Part shown: positions 8,920 through 19,006 of the stretch, piece by piece | Numbering within the stretch: position 1 is the first letter of the stretch | Layout: each line of letters opens with the position of its first letter | Source: an uncultured virus (IMG/VR IMGVR_UViG_2663763475_000011) | Lineage: Duplodnaviria > Heunggongvirae > Uroviricota > Caudoviricetes | Strand: one strand, 5' to 3' | DNA length: 64,000 bases | IMG/VR virus record: IMGVR_UViG_2663763475_000011 | Translations under genes and position numbers: made by a program | Notes under the pieces: generated by a model | Told to the model about the DNA's origin: nothing | Seen by the model: only the letters and a program-made list of their open reading frames with translations | Databases searched by the model: none

Positions 8920-10337
8920 CAACGAAATATTATGCCCTGCTGACCAATCAGGGCGCGGCCAAGCTGGCGAACGCCACGGCGCTCGGCACTAAGCTGCAGA
9001 TCACTGACATGGCGGTAGGCGACGGCGGCGGCGCGCTGCCGACGCCGGATGCCTCGCAGACGAAGCTTATCGGCGAGAAACGCCGCGCGGCGCTGAATTC
9101 ATTAAGCGTCGATGCGGCCAACAGCAGCCAGATTATCGCCGAGCAGATTATCCCCGAGAACGAAGGCGGCTTCTGGATCCGCGAAATCGGGCTGTTCGAC
9201 GCCGACGGCGTGATGATTGCCGTCGCCAACTGCGCCGAGACCTATAAGCCGCAGCTGCAGGAGGGCAGCGGCCGCACGCAGACGGTGCGCATGATTATCA
9301 TCGTCAACAGCGCCGCGTCAGTGACGCTGAAGATCGACCCGTCGGTGGTGCTGGCGACGCGCCAGTATGTGGATGATGCAGCGATCGAGGTGAAAGCTTA
9401 TGCGGATGACTTGATGGCAAAACACATTGCCGCAGCTGATCCGCACAAGCAGTATGCGCCAAAAGAGAGCCCGATTTTTACCGGCGCGCCTAAAGCGCCG
9501 ACGCCAGTCAGCGGCAATAGCACTACGCTGATTGCCACTACGGCATTTGTACAGGAAGCAATAGCGCGGCTAGTAGATTCCGCGCCAGCTGGGCTTGACA
9601 CGTTAAATGAACTGGCTAACGCGCTAGGTGATGATCCAGATTTTGCTACGACCATAACGAATCAGATCGCTTCACGAGCGCTAATCGCAGGGAATGTTAA
9701 TCAACAATTTTTTGTCAAAGATTCTACTGCTGACGGTCATGCGGTTAACCGTGGCCAAATGAATACAGCTCTGGCATTGCGGGCATTACTGACTGGTTCT
9801 GTGTCGCAGAAGTTCTGGGTAATGAGTGCACCGGCAGATAGCAATGCTGCCGTTCCGGTTTCATTACTCAACGATGGATTAAATAAAAAAGCCAATCTGA
9901 ATGGTAATGACCAGACAGATTTTTATGTACGTAATAATGGTGAAACAAATGCGGCAGTGAACAACGCGCGTCTGAATTTCGTGCTGGGAAACTATGCGTA
10001 CAAAGGCGGTGATGCAAACCAGGGATTTGCAGTGGCAGGGGGTAATAATACTTATAGCGCTGTGGCTTATGGGCAGTTTCAGTCAGGTGTAAACGGTAAC
10101 GGCGCATGGACTAAGTTGCCTGGCGGCGGGCAGTGGTGTCGTCAGAACCTTAACATCTCATCTAAAAGCAGCTTTAGCTGGACATTTCCGGCTGCTTTTG
10201 GCAGTACGCCTGCCGTCTTTATTTCTGCCATCAATGGTGATCCTGCTGTCTGGTGCGCAGGCGTCGGGGCACAGAGCGCGATTTTATATAACAACAACGA
10301 TACAACCCTGAACGTAAACGTTTTGGCTATCTGGTGA
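8916..10337 (+). CDS. H: Tail fibre H
   Basis: P2 H N-terminus (GGFWIREIGL, EGSGRTQT); lower-GC repetitive C-terminal half. Confidence 0.92.
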   Translation: MTTKYYALLTNQGAAKLANATALGTKLQITDMAVGDGGGALPTPDASQTKLIGEKRRAALNSLSVDAANSSQIIAEQIIPENEGGFWIREIGLFDADGVMIAVANCAETYKPQLQEGSGRTQTVRMIIIVNSAASVTLKIDPSVVLATRQYVDDAAIEVKAYADDLMAKHIAAADPHKQYAPKESPIFTGAPKAPTPVSGNSTTLIATTAFVQEAIARLVDSAPAGLDTLNELANALGDDPDFATTITNQIASRALIAGNVNQQFFVKDSTADGHAVNRGQMNTALALRALLTGSVSQKFWVMSAPADSNAAVPVSLLNDGLNKKANLNGNDQTDFYVRNNGETNAAVNNARLNFVLGNYAYKGGDANQGFAVAGGNNTYSAVAYGQFQSGVNGNGAWTKLPGGGQWCRQNLNISSKSSFSWTFPAAFGSTPAVFISAINGDPAVWCAGVGAQSAILYNNNDTTLNVNVLAIW

Positions 10338-10819
10338 TCAATATGAGCGAGCAGAAAAATATCACGTCTGAGCAGAGAGATACGGCCCCATTTGCGGCAT
10401 ATAAAAATCGTTATTTCGTCGCGATAAATAATGAAAATTATATTAATGGCATGCTGATTGCTTTTACCGAGGCGGAGGCACAAAACTATAAGTCGCAGAG
10501 CCTGTCTGAGGTGTCGCAAGAGCAGTTTGAATCCATCGGGCCAGATTACCAGCTTGTTGATGGCAAGATTGTAAAGGGAGAACCACTTATACCTGTACTA
10601 TCCAAAGAAGCTAATCAGGCGATACTATTTGCACGGATTCGAGATGCCAGTGAAAAAATACAAACGCTGGCTGATGCGCTTGATTTTGGGATGGGTCAAG
10701 AAGGCGATAATGAACGACTGACCGCCTGGAAAAAATATCGCGTTTTGTTGAGCCATGTTGATATATCTAAGCCATTGCCAGAATGGCCTACAGCTCCATT
10801 AGCAAGCACAGCAGCTTAA
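10334..10819 (+). CDS. G: Tail fibre assembly chaperone
   Basis: LTAWKKYRVLLSHVD...WPTAP; follows H. Confidence 0.85.
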   Translation: MINMSEQKNITSEQRDTAPFAAYKNRYFVAINNENYINGMLIAFTEAEAQNYKSQSLSEVSQEQFESIGPDYQLVDGKIVKGEPLIPVLSKEANQAILFARIRDASEKIQTLADALDFGMGQEGDNERLTAWKKYRVLLSHVDISKPLPEWPTAPLASTAA

Positions 10820-10824
10820 ACATG

Positions 10825-10849
10825 AGCCCCATGACTGGGGCTTTTTTTT
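10825..10849 (+). terminator. Rho-independent terminator
   Basis: AGCCCC-ATGACT-GGGGCT plus T run. Confidence 0.85.
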
Positions 10850-10877
10850 GCGTTTGCTCTAGAGTCATTTTTACCTT

Positions 10878-10936
10878 TGTTCACTCATCCTTCAGTAAAC
10901 TCTAACCGCATGATTTCTCTCACCTGACCTGACAAT
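10878..10936 (+). promoter_or_regulatory. Putative late promoter of F operon
   Basis: TGT-TCACTCATCCTT-CAG and -10-like GACAAT at 10931. Confidence 0.55.
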
Positions 10937-10967
10937 CTGAGCGCACCCTCAACACGGAGTGCATCAG

Positions 10968-12137
10968 ATGTCTGATTATCATCACGGTGTACGCGTTGTC
11001 GAAATTAATGACGGCACGCGCACCATTTCTACCGTATCCACCGCCGTAGTCGGCCTGGTCTGTACCGCAGACGACGCAGACGCCTCGGCTTTTCCGCTCA
11101 ACACCCCGGTGCTGCTGACCAACGTGCAGGCCGCTATCGCCAAAGCCGGCAGCAAAGGCACGCTGTCGGCGTCGCTGCAGGCGATTGCCGACCAGTCGAA
11201 ACCGGTTACCGTCGTGGTTCGCGTCGCCGAAGGGGCGACCGCCGCGGAAACGATCTCCAACCTTATCGGCACCACCGATGAAAACGGCCAGTACACCGGC
11301 ATGAAGGCGCTGCTCACCGCGCAGACGCAGCTCGACGTTAAGCCGCGCATTCTCGGCGTGCCGGGGCTCGATTCGCAGGAAGTGGCGACCGCGCTGGCAG
11401 GCATCGCGCAGCAGCTGCGCGCCTTCGCCTACGTCTCCGCCTGGAACTGCAAAACCATCAGCGAGGCGATGAACTACCGCAAAAACTTCAGCCAGCGCGA
11501 GCTGATGGTGATCTGGCCCGACTTCGTCGCCTGGAACACCGCGACCAACGCCGCCGAAACCGCCTTTGCGACGGCGCGCGCGCTCGGCCTGCGCGCCAAA
11601 ATCGACAACGACACCGGCTGGCATAAAACCCTGTCGAACGTCGGCGTCAACGGCGTGACCGGCATCTCCTCATCGGTCTTCTGGGATCTGCAGCAGAGCG
11701 GCACCGACGCCGACCTGCTGAATGAAGCCTGCGTCACCACGCTGATCCGCAAAGATGGCTTCCGCTTCTGGGGCAACCGTACCTGCAGCGACGATCCGCT
11801 CTTTGTCTTTGAAAACTACACCCGCACCGCGCAGGTGCTGGCCGACACTATGGCCGAAGCGCACATGTGGGCCAACGACAAGCCGCTGACGCCGGTGCTG
11901 GTGCGCGAAATCGTGGCGGGCATCAACGCCAAATTCCGCGAGCTGGTTAACGCCGGCTACCTGCTGGGCGCCTCCTGCTGGTATGACGAAAGCGCTAACG
12001 ACGCCGCTACCCTGAAGGCGGGCAAACTCTTTATCGACTACGACTACACGCCGGTACCGCCGCTGGAAGATCTGACGCTGCGCCAGCGCATCACCGACAC
12101 CTATCTGGCGAACTTCGCCGCATCCGTTAACAGCTGA
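10968..12137 (+). CDS. FI: Tail sheath FI
   Basis: [33 protein letters not shown]. Confidence 0.96.
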   Translation: MSDYHHGVRVVEINDGTRTISTVSTAVVGLVCTADDADASAFPLNTPVLLTNVQAAIAKAGSKGTLSASLQAIADQSKPVTVVVRVAEGATAAETISNLIGTTDENGQYTGMKALLTAQTQLDVKPRILGVPGLDSQEVATALAGIAQQLRAFAYVSAWNCKTISEAMNYRKNFSQRELMVIWPDFVAWNTATNAAETAFATARALGLRAKIDNDTGWHKTLSNVGVNGVTGISSSVFWDLQQSGTDADLLNEACVTTLIRKDGFRFWGNRTCSDDPLFVFENYTRTAQVLADTMAEAHMWANDKPLTPVLVREIVAGINAKFRELVNAGYLLGASCWYDESANDAATLKAGKLFIDYDYTPVPPLEDLTLRQRITDTYLANFAASVNS

Positions 12138-12149
12138 GGAGCCGGATAA

Positions 12150-12659
12150 ATGGCACTACCCCGCAAACTGAAAGGGTTGAACCTTTTCAACGATTCAAAC
12201 AGCTATCAGGGCGTTGTCTCTTCCGTCACCCTGCCAAAACTCTCCCGCAAGCTGGACGCCTATCGCGGCGGCGGCATGAATGGCGCCGCCTTTATCGATA
12301 ACGGTCTGGACGACGACGCGCTCGATATGGAGTGGACCATCGCCGGTATGGACGACCTGGTGCTGACGCAGTGGGGCGGTTCCGCCGTACCGCTGCGCTT
12401 CACCGGCTCCTACCAGCGTGACGACACCGGCGAAGAGATCGCGGTGGAGATTGAGGTGCGCGGCCGTCATCAGGCGTTCGACTTCGGCAAAGCCAAACAG
12501 GGCGAAGATACTGAAACCAAAATCACCACCAAAAACACCTACTTCAAACTCACCTGGAACGGTAAAGAGCTGATCGAGATCGACACCGTCAACATGGTCG
12601 AGAAGGTCAATGGCGACGATCGCCTTGCCCAGCGCCGTAAAAACCTCGGCCTGGCTTAA
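12150..12659 (+). CDS. FII: Tail tube FII
   Basis: MALPRKLK, YRGGGM, YQRDDTG. Confidence 0.96.
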   Translation: MALPRKLKGLNLFNDSNSYQGVVSSVTLPKLSRKLDAYRGGGMNGAAFIDNGLDDDALDMEWTIAGMDDLVLTQWGGSAVPLRFTGSYQRDDTGEEIAVEIEVRGRHQAFDFGKAKQGEDTETKITTKNTYFKLTWNGKELIEIDTVNMVEKVNGDDRLAQRRKNLGLA

Positions 12660-12710
12660 CCCTGACGCCAGCGCCTGGCGCTGGCTTTTTCACCTGTATG
12701 AGAGAGAAAC

Positions 12711-13007
12711 ATGGAACAGCAAGAGAATATGGTTGAGCTGGAAACCCCGCTGAAACGCGGCGATGCCACGATCGCGCAGGTTGAGCTGATTAGGCCGAGC
12801 GCCGGCTCGCTGCGCGGCGTGCGCCTTGCCGATCTCGCATCAAGCGACGTCGATGCGCTGCTGACGGTGCTGCCGCGCATCACGCTGCCTGCGCTGACCA
12901 AAGCGGAGTGCAACAGCCTTGACCCGGTAGATCTCATCGCGCTCGGCGGCAAGGTGATTGGTTTTTTGCAAGCGAAGTCGGCAGCGTCGACTGGCCCGGC
13001 GGACTGA
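12711..13007 (+). CDS. E: Tail assembly chaperone E
   Basis: LETPLKRG, GSLRGV, LPRIT. Confidence 0.9.
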   Translation: MEQQENMVELETPLKRGDATIAQVELIRPSAGSLRGVRLADLASSDVDALLTVLPRITLPALTKAECNSLDPVDLIALGGKVIGFLQAKSAASTGPAD

Positions 13008-13144
13008 CGGTCAACGATCTGATGGCTGATATCGCCGCCATTTTTCACTGGCCCCTTTCTGAAATGAACGATCTGCCGCTGGCCGAGCTGCTCGACTGGC
13101 GGCATAAAGCCCTGATCCGCAGCGGAGCAAATACGGATGAGTGA
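12961..13144 (+). CDS. E' extension reached by -1 frameshift (gpE+E')
   Basis: GTTTTTTG at 12961-12968; -1 frame reads LMADIAAIFHWPLSEM...LLDWRHKA, stop 13142-13144. Confidence 0.85.
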
Positions 13145-15602
13145 AGACCTCAAACTGCAGGCGCTGCTGAAGGCGGTTAATCAGGCACTGCGCCCGCTAC
13201 AGAGCCTCCAGAACGAAACGCAAAACGTCGCCAGTTCGATTGCCGATACGCAACAGAGCCTGGCGGCGCTGCAGGCGCAGTCGGCGAAAATCGATGGCTT
13301 TCGCGCCGCCAGCCGCCAGCTGAGCGACACGCAGCAGCAGCTTAAACAGGCGAAGGCGGAAACGGCGGCGCTGGCGCTGGCGCTGGCGATGCGCGCCAGC
13401 GGTCAACCTGCGGAGCAGCAGAGCCGCGCGCTGGAAAAGGCGCGTCAGCATACCGCCGCGCTGCAAAGCCAGGCGCAGAGCCTGCGTCTGGCCGTGCAGC
13501 AGCAGCGCGCGAGCCTGAACGACGCGGGCATCTCCACGCGCAGCCTGAGCAGCGAGCAGCTGCGGCTGAAAGCGGCCGCGGCGCAGGCCAACCAGCACCT
13601 TAACGGTCAGCAGCAGCAGCTTCAGCGGCTGAACCATCAGCAGGAGCGCCAGAACCAGACGGCGGAGCGCTACCGTAAAGGGCAGGCGCTGGCGGGCCAG
13701 ATCCGCAGCGCCAGTGCTGCGGGCATTGGCCTGGCGAAAACGGGTTTTACTGCCGGCGCCGCGCTGCTGCGTCCCGGCTACGAGCTGGCGCGCGCCGATG
13801 CCGCACTACAGGCCAAAACCGGCCTGCAGAAAGGATCGCCGCAGGCCGTCGCACTGGATAAACAGGCGCGCAGCCTCAGCGTGCAGACCGGCGTTCCGGC
13901 GCAGGCGGTGGCGCAGACCCAGCTCGATATCGCCCAGGCGGGCGGCTCGGTCGATGACATCGCCTCCGCGACGCCGGTGGCGCTGAACATGGCGCAGGTC
14001 AACAGCCACTCGGCGGCGGACAACGCCGGTCTGCTGATGGACGCGAAAAGCGCGTTCGGCCTCGACAGCGGCGATATCGCCCACCTTGGCGATGTGCTTA
14101 ACTCCACCCTCGACCAGACCGGCATGAAGTTTGAAGATCTGAGCAGCGCGCTGAGCAGCGTCGCGCCGGTGGCGAAAAGCGCCGGCGTCGGCGTTGAGCA
14201 GACCTCCGCCATGCTGGGACTGCTGGCGCAAAATCATATTACCGGCGCGGCGGCGGGCGAAGAGGTTAGCGCGATCCTGACGCGGCTGCAGACACGCGAC
14301 GGCAAGGGCGCTATCGCCGCGCTTGGCGTGTCCACTCGCGACGAAAACGGCGACACACGGCAGATCCTGCCGCTGCTGAAAGATATTCAGGCCGCGTTCG
14401 CCAGTAAGGGGATGGATGCGGCGCAGCAGGCGGACGCGCTGAAGAGCATCGTCGGCGCGAAGGCAGCCTCGTCAGCCTCGCTGCTGACGCGGGGCGCTGC
14501 CAGCGGCGAACTGGAAACGCTCACCGCCTCGGTACAACACGCCGACGGCGGGACGGCGCGCATGGCGCAGGCGCAGCAGGACAGCCTCGGCGGGGATCTG
14601 CAAAAGCTGGACGCCTCGAAGGCGGCTATCGGCGTTGACCTCTTTGCACCACTTGAAGGCCCGCTGCGCACGCTGACGCAGGAGGCGACACAGTTCCTGC
14701 AGACCATTGACCAGTGGCTGCAGGATAACCCGACGCTGGCGAGCGGCATCGCAACGGCGGCGGCGGTGGCGCTGACCTTTGTCGGCGCGCTGGGCGCTAT
14801 CGGCATGGCGGTCTGGCCGGTGGTCAGCGGCGTCGGCGCCATCATGGCCGGGGTCGAGATCCTCGGCGGCCTGTTCACCGTGGTGGGCGGCGCTATCGTC
14901 ACCGCCATCGGTGCCATCACCTTGCCGGTAGTCGCTATCGTTGCGGCCATTGTCGGCGGCGCGCTGCTGATCCGTCAGTACTGGGAGCCCATCAGCGCCT
15001 TTATCAGCGGCGTCGCACAGGGTTTCTCCGCGGCGATGGGGCCGATCGGCGACGCCTTTGCGCCGCTGCAGCCAGTATTTGCCTGGGTGACGGATAAGAT
15101 TAAGTCGGTGTGGAACGGCTTTACGCAGCTGCTGGAGCCGGTGAAAGCGACGCAGGAGCAGCTGGCCGCCGCCGGCGATATGGGGAAAAGCTTTGGCAAT
15201 ATGCTCGCCGAGGCGCTAAAGATCCCCGGCCACGCGCTGGACCAGCTCACCAGCGGTATCGACTGGGTGCTGAACAAGCTCGGTATCGCCAGCAGTAAAA
15301 GCAAAGCGCTAAAGGCGGATCTGCCGCCAGACGCGGCGGCCCCTGAGAGCAGCGCCGCGCCCGCCGCCAGCGGGCTGCAAAGTAACCTGCTGACCAGCGG
15401 TCCGACCTACCGGCCGGTAGTGGCGCCCGCCGCGGGCAGCATGACGCAGCAGAACGCTTACACCAGCAATATTACGGTCAATGCGCCAGCTGGCATGGAT
15501 GCTCATGAGATTGGACGGGTTGTGCAGCAGCATTTAGATCAACAGCAGTTTGAGCAGCAAAACCGGCAGCGCAGCGCCATGACAGGAGGATTCTATCCAT
15601 GA
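13137..15602 (+). CDS. T: Tape measure protein T
   Basis: 821 aa Ala/Gln-rich, follows E/E'. Confidence 0.92.
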   Translation: MSEDLKLQALLKAVNQALRPLQSLQNETQNVASSIADTQQSLAALQAQSAKIDGFRAASRQLSDTQQQLKQAKAETAALALALAMRASGQPAEQQSRALEKARQHTAALQSQAQSLRLAVQQQRASLNDAGISTRSLSSEQLRLKAAAAQANQHLNGQQQQLQRLNHQQERQNQTAERYRKGQALAGQIRSASAAGIGLAKTGFTAGAALLRPGYELARADAALQAKTGLQKGSPQAVALDKQARSLSVQTGVPAQAVAQTQLDIAQAGGSVDDIASATPVALNMAQVNSHSAADNAGLLMDAKSAFGLDSGDIAHLGDVLNSTLDQTGMKFEDLSSALSSVAPVAKSAGVGVEQTSAMLGLLAQNHITGAAAGEEVSAILTRLQTRDGKGAIAALGVSTRDENGDTRQILPLLKDIQAAFASKGMDAAQQADALKSIVGAKAASSASLLTRGAASGELETLTASVQHADGGTARMAQAQQDSLGGDLQKLDASKAAIGVDLFAPLEGPLRTLTQEATQFLQTIDQWLQDNPTLASGIATAAAVALTFVGALGAIGMAVWPVVSGVGAIMAGVEILGGLFTVVGGAIVTAIGAITLPVVAIVAAIVGGALLIRQYWEPISAFISGVAQGFSAAMGPIGDAFAPLQPVFAWVTDKIKSVWNGFTQLLEPVKATQEQLAAAGDMGKSFGNMLAEALKIPGHALDQLTSGIDWVLNKLGIASSKSKALKADLPPDAAAPESSAAPAASGLQSNLLTSGPTYRPVVAPAAGSMTQQNAYTSNITVNAPAGMDAHEIGRVVQQHLDQQQFEQQNRQRSAMTGGFYP

Positions 15603-16090
15603 TGATGATCTACGGCATGCTGCCCTTTATGCGGCAGACACTGCCCTATAACCAGCTGATACACAGCAGCGGCTGGAACTGGACCAGCAACAGCCGCGTC
15701 GGCAGGCGCCCTGCAGCGCAGTTTACCGGCAAAGACAGCGACAAAATCTCTCTGAGCGGCGAGCTGCGCCCGGAGCTGACCGGCGGTCCGGTTAAGGCGC
15801 AGGCGTTTCAGCTGCTGGCTGACGAAGGGCGCGCCTGGCCGCTGATCGGCGGCGACGGCACCATCTACGGCATGTATGTCATCGAGAGCTTTAAGACCAC
15901 GCACAGCGACTTCTACGCCGACGGCAGCGCGCGCGTGATTGCCTTTACCCTCGACCTGATGCGCGTCGACGAGTCGCTGGTCTCGATGTTCGGCGACCTG
16001 AAAGCGCAGGGCAGCGCGCTGTGGGCGAAGGCGGAAGCGGCGGCGGGCAATCTCTCTTCAGGCATTGCGGCGGGAGGCTTCTCACTGTGA
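15599..16090 (+). CDS. U: Tail protein U
   Basis: LSGELRPELTGG, GRAWPLIGGDG. Confidence 0.92.
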   Translation: MMMIYGMLPFMRQTLPYNQLIHSSGWNWTSNSRVGRRPAAQFTGKDSDKISLSGELRPELTGGPVKAQAFQLLADEGRAWPLIGGDGTIYGMYVIESFKTTHSDFYADGSARVIAFTLDLMRVDESLVSMFGDLKAQGSALWAKAEAAAGNLSSGIAAGGFSL

Positions 16091-17229
16091 GTGAACTCGG
16101 CGCGATGGCGATTAAGGCGGGCAGCCGGCCGGCGCCCGATTTTATGCTGTGGATCGGCAGCAAAGATGTAACGCCCAATCTGCGCGATCGGCTGATCTCG
16201 CTGACGCTTACCGATAATCGCGGCTTCGAAGCGGATACGCTGAACCTTGCTCTGGACGACAGCGACGGCCTGCTGCAGCTGCCGCAGCGCGGCACGGTCG
16301 TATCGCTGTTCCTGGGCTGGGTTGGCCAGCTGCACAATAAGGGCGACTATACGGTCGATCAGGTGAGCCATGGCGGCGCGCCCGATGTGCTGACCATTGT
16401 GGCGCGCAGCGTCGATTTTCGCGGGGAGCTGGGCAAGGCGCGTGACCTCTCTTATCACGACGCCACGCTTGGCAGCATCGTGACGCAGATAGCCCAGCGC
16501 TGCGGATTGATTTTGCAGATGGCGGAAGGGTTTGCCGGGATCAAGATCGATCATATCGATCAGACCCACGAAACCGATCCCAGCTTTGTCACTCGCCTGG
16601 CGCAACGCTATGGCGCGGTCGCGGTTATTAAAGCGGGGCGGCTGCTTTTTTTGCGGCCCGGCAGCGGCCAGTTAGCCAGCGGCGGCGCGATACCCACGGT
16701 GACGCTGACGCGCCAGGATGGCGATAAACACAATTTCATCATCGCCGATCGCACCACTTATAGCGGCGTGCAGGCGCGATGGCTCTCAACAAAAGAGGCG
16801 AAAACGCATGTGGTGCAGATGCAGCGCAAGGCAAAGGCCACGAACGAGGCTGCGGTTGCCCATCCCGATGCGCAAAGCGCGCCGCAGTTAACGGGTAAGC
16901 AGGAAGGGGATTATCTTTCCGGCGCGAAAGAGAGCCTGCTGGTGCTGCCGGACGTTTTTAGCAGCGAAGAGGCGGCGATGCAGGCAGCGCAGGCGAAGTG
17001 GAACGAGATTCAACGCGGCGCGGCTCACTTTACCTTTCAGCTGGCAAGCGGACGCGCGGATCTCTATCCTGAAACGCCGGTCAGGGTCAGCGGCTTTAAA
17101 GCGGTGATTGATGCCAGCGCCTGGGTGATCAGCAAGGTGACGCACAATCTGACCGTTAACAACGGTTTTACCACCACGCTGGAGCTGGAGAACGACATCA
17201 CGGATGTGGAATATGAGAGAATTAACTAA
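16087..17229 (+). CDS. D: Baseplate hub / late control protein D
   Basis: RLISLTLTDNRGFEAD, HIDQTHE; GTG start overlapping U stop. Confidence 0.92.
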   Translation: MSELGAMAIKAGSRPAPDFMLWIGSKDVTPNLRDRLISLTLTDNRGFEADTLNLALDDSDGLLQLPQRGTVVSLFLGWVGQLHNKGDYTVDQVSHGGAPDVLTIVARSVDFRGELGKARDLSYHDATLGSIVTQIAQRCGLILQMAEGFAGIKIDHIDQTHETDPSFVTRLAQRYGAVAVIKAGRLLFLRPGSGQLASGGAIPTVTLTRQDGDKHNFIIADRTTYSGVQARWLSTKEAKTHVVQMQRKAKATNEAAVAHPDAQSAPQLTGKQEGDYLSGAKESLLVLPDVFSSEEAAMQAAQAKWNEIQRGAAHFTFQLASGRADLYPETPVRVSGFKAVIDASAWVISKVTHNLTVNNGFTTTLELENDITDVEYERIN

Positions 17230-17304
17230 CTAATAGTTAATTAATTTGCTTTTTGTGAGTTATTTGAGTGATAATGACCGCGTCAACTACTGAGGAACTC
17301 ACAA

Positions 17305-17514
17305 ATGATGCATTGTCCGCTGTGTCAGAGCGCTGCCCACACGCGCAGTAGCCGTTACATCTCTAACGAGACCAAAGAGCGCTATAACCAGTGCCAGAAC
17401 ATCAACTGCAGCTGCACCTTTAAAACGCATGAGAGCGTGACCGGCATGATTGTGACGCCGGGTAAAATCGAAAAGGTGGCGATAGCGAAGAAGCAGCCTG
17501 AGGTTCGAGCCTGA
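17305..17514 (+). CDS. ogr: Ogr/Delta late activator
   Basis: CPLC...AHTRSSRY...CQNINCSCTF. Confidence 0.95.
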   Translation: MMHCPLCQSAAHTRSSRYISNETKERYNQCQNINCSCTFKTHESVTGMIVTPGKIEKVAIAKKQPEVRA

Positions 17515-17535
17515 GCGTTTGAGTGTTTGAAAAGC

Positions 17536-17560
17536 AAAGCCCGCGTAAGCGGGTTTTTTT
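17536..17560 (+). terminator. Rho-independent terminator after ogr
   Basis: CCCGC-GTAA-GCGGG plus T run. Confidence 0.85.
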
Positions 17561-17692
17561 ATGGCGGCAGCGCCGCCTCTTGGAGTTCTGGCGATAAGTG
17601 TATGGGGGGCAGGGAGCTTGCCGCGTTAGCAATAACTATTACCGATAAAACTCTGGCTAACACAAACCTTCTGAGAAGGTGGTTTGTGTTTA

Positions 17693-17917
17693 TTACCAGC
17701 TAAGTTCTTGTTTGGTGGCTTTGGCGTTCTGTTTGTACATCATTTCAAGCGTTGTGTAGGTGCACATATCCAGCGTTCCCTGACAGTAATCTTTGATGAC
17801 GCGATCTAATACGGTCCTGTCGCTCACTTTTGTGAGTTTTTTAAATGCAGTCAGGTTCTGCTTTTCCATCATGCGTAAGGTGGTCGGCTGGCACATATCT
17901 AGCTGACCGTCGTATTG
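17693..17917 (-). pseudogene. Probable 5'-truncated gene with internal LDMC repeat
   Basis: DGQLDMCQPTTLRMMEKQN / QGTLDMCTYTTLEMMYKQN; first repeat begins before the ATG, in-frame stop just upstream. Confidence 0.5.
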
Positions 17918-18133
17918 TTATTCCCTTACTGCGAAAAGTGGAGGAATAGGTGCGGGCGTTAACGCTTCCGCCCCCGATTTTCCCTGTATATACTACAGAA
18001 AGTGGGAAGTAGTAAGACCTGTTAGGTGCTTATTCATACTTTCCCGGTGTCACTAGTCACTTAGTAAAATCCATACTGATATTTCGCTTTTTTCCTGAAG
18101 CGAATGCCCAATTAGAAGTAGAATACAGCACTT

Positions 18134-18676
18134 TCATATGACTTGACCATAATACCAACGCTCTTCGGTATACCATTCATCACGATCCTCACTCCCGTAG
18201 TATTCGAGTGTAATACCAAGTTCTTGCACATTAGCTGGAAGAATCAGACCCCACTCAGTAGCAAGGCTGCGTTCTTTAATCAAAGTAGAGGCACCATTTT
18301 CAGAACGGTCTTCAGTAATAAAACTTTGGTAATAGTCTTCTGAATGATACAGACAGATTTCGCTTGCAAACATATCAGGAAGGCATATAGCAGCTGTAAT
18401 ACGAGGACGTAAATCCATATCTGCAGTTACCGCTATAAGATTTGAACAGGCGTTAATCATGGCTTGCGCGCAAGCTGCCTTATTTTCAAGCGTACTATAC
18501 TTTCCCTGAACAAGATTGACATCCACAGGGATTTTGAAATTCCAGTAATGCTCATTTTCAGGAAACAGGGCTCGCTCAGGGCAGTTAAAAGTATTAGCCC
18601 AACGGTTAAGAGCTTTCAAGCGGCGTGGAATGTTTCTAATTTTGGTTCGGTGATCTCTGTTAAGCCGCCTGCTCAT
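18134..18676 (-). CDS. DUF3916-like hypothetical protein
   Basis: IPRRLKAL, YWNFKIPV, LPDMFASEIC; AT-rich. Confidence 0.7.
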   Translation of the reverse strand: MSRRLNRDHRTKIRNIPRRLKALNRWANTFNCPERALFPENEHYWNFKIPVDVNLVQGKYSTLENKAACAQAMINACSNLIAVTADMDLRPRITAAICLPDMFASEICLYHSEDYYQSFITEDRSENGASTLIKERSLATEWGLILPANVQELGITLEYYGSEDRDEWYTEERWYYGQVI

Positions 18677-19006
18677 AGATATTTTATATTTTAACCTGTT
18701 CAAATGGTTTAGGCTGTAATGCAGCACAAAATCATAGTGTGCTCAAATTCCAGCTAATTGTACATATTAATGTAACTCATTTGCCTAAATTTGAAATCTC
18801 TTATGTCTGCTTTCCGCTCAAAGCGGATATTACATTGCTGAGCAGCTTCATGTCACAGGTGACCTAATCGTTACGTAGCCTTAGGGTTATATCAGCTTAA
18901 AGCAATGAGATTGCCTGATGTTGGGGGGAAGAGCGACTTTGAACTACTTCAGGCTGGTCTCCTATGAGTATTCTGGAAACCAACTTTATGTAAGTCTTTA
19001 ATAATT

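Larger units (their letters stand above)
1..19006 (+). mobile_element. Element 1: headless P2-like element / putative R-type tailocin locus (left boundary may lie outside window)
   Basis: P2 order cI-early-A-tum-X-lysis-R-V-W-J-I-H-G-FI-FII-E-T-U-D-ogr; Q,P,O,N,M,L,S and cos absent. Confidence 0.85.

Noticed and set aside
13368..13388. GCGCTG hexamer run in tape measure as a phase-variation tract
   Set aside because: Short and in-frame (Ala-Leu), so slippage would not shift the frame
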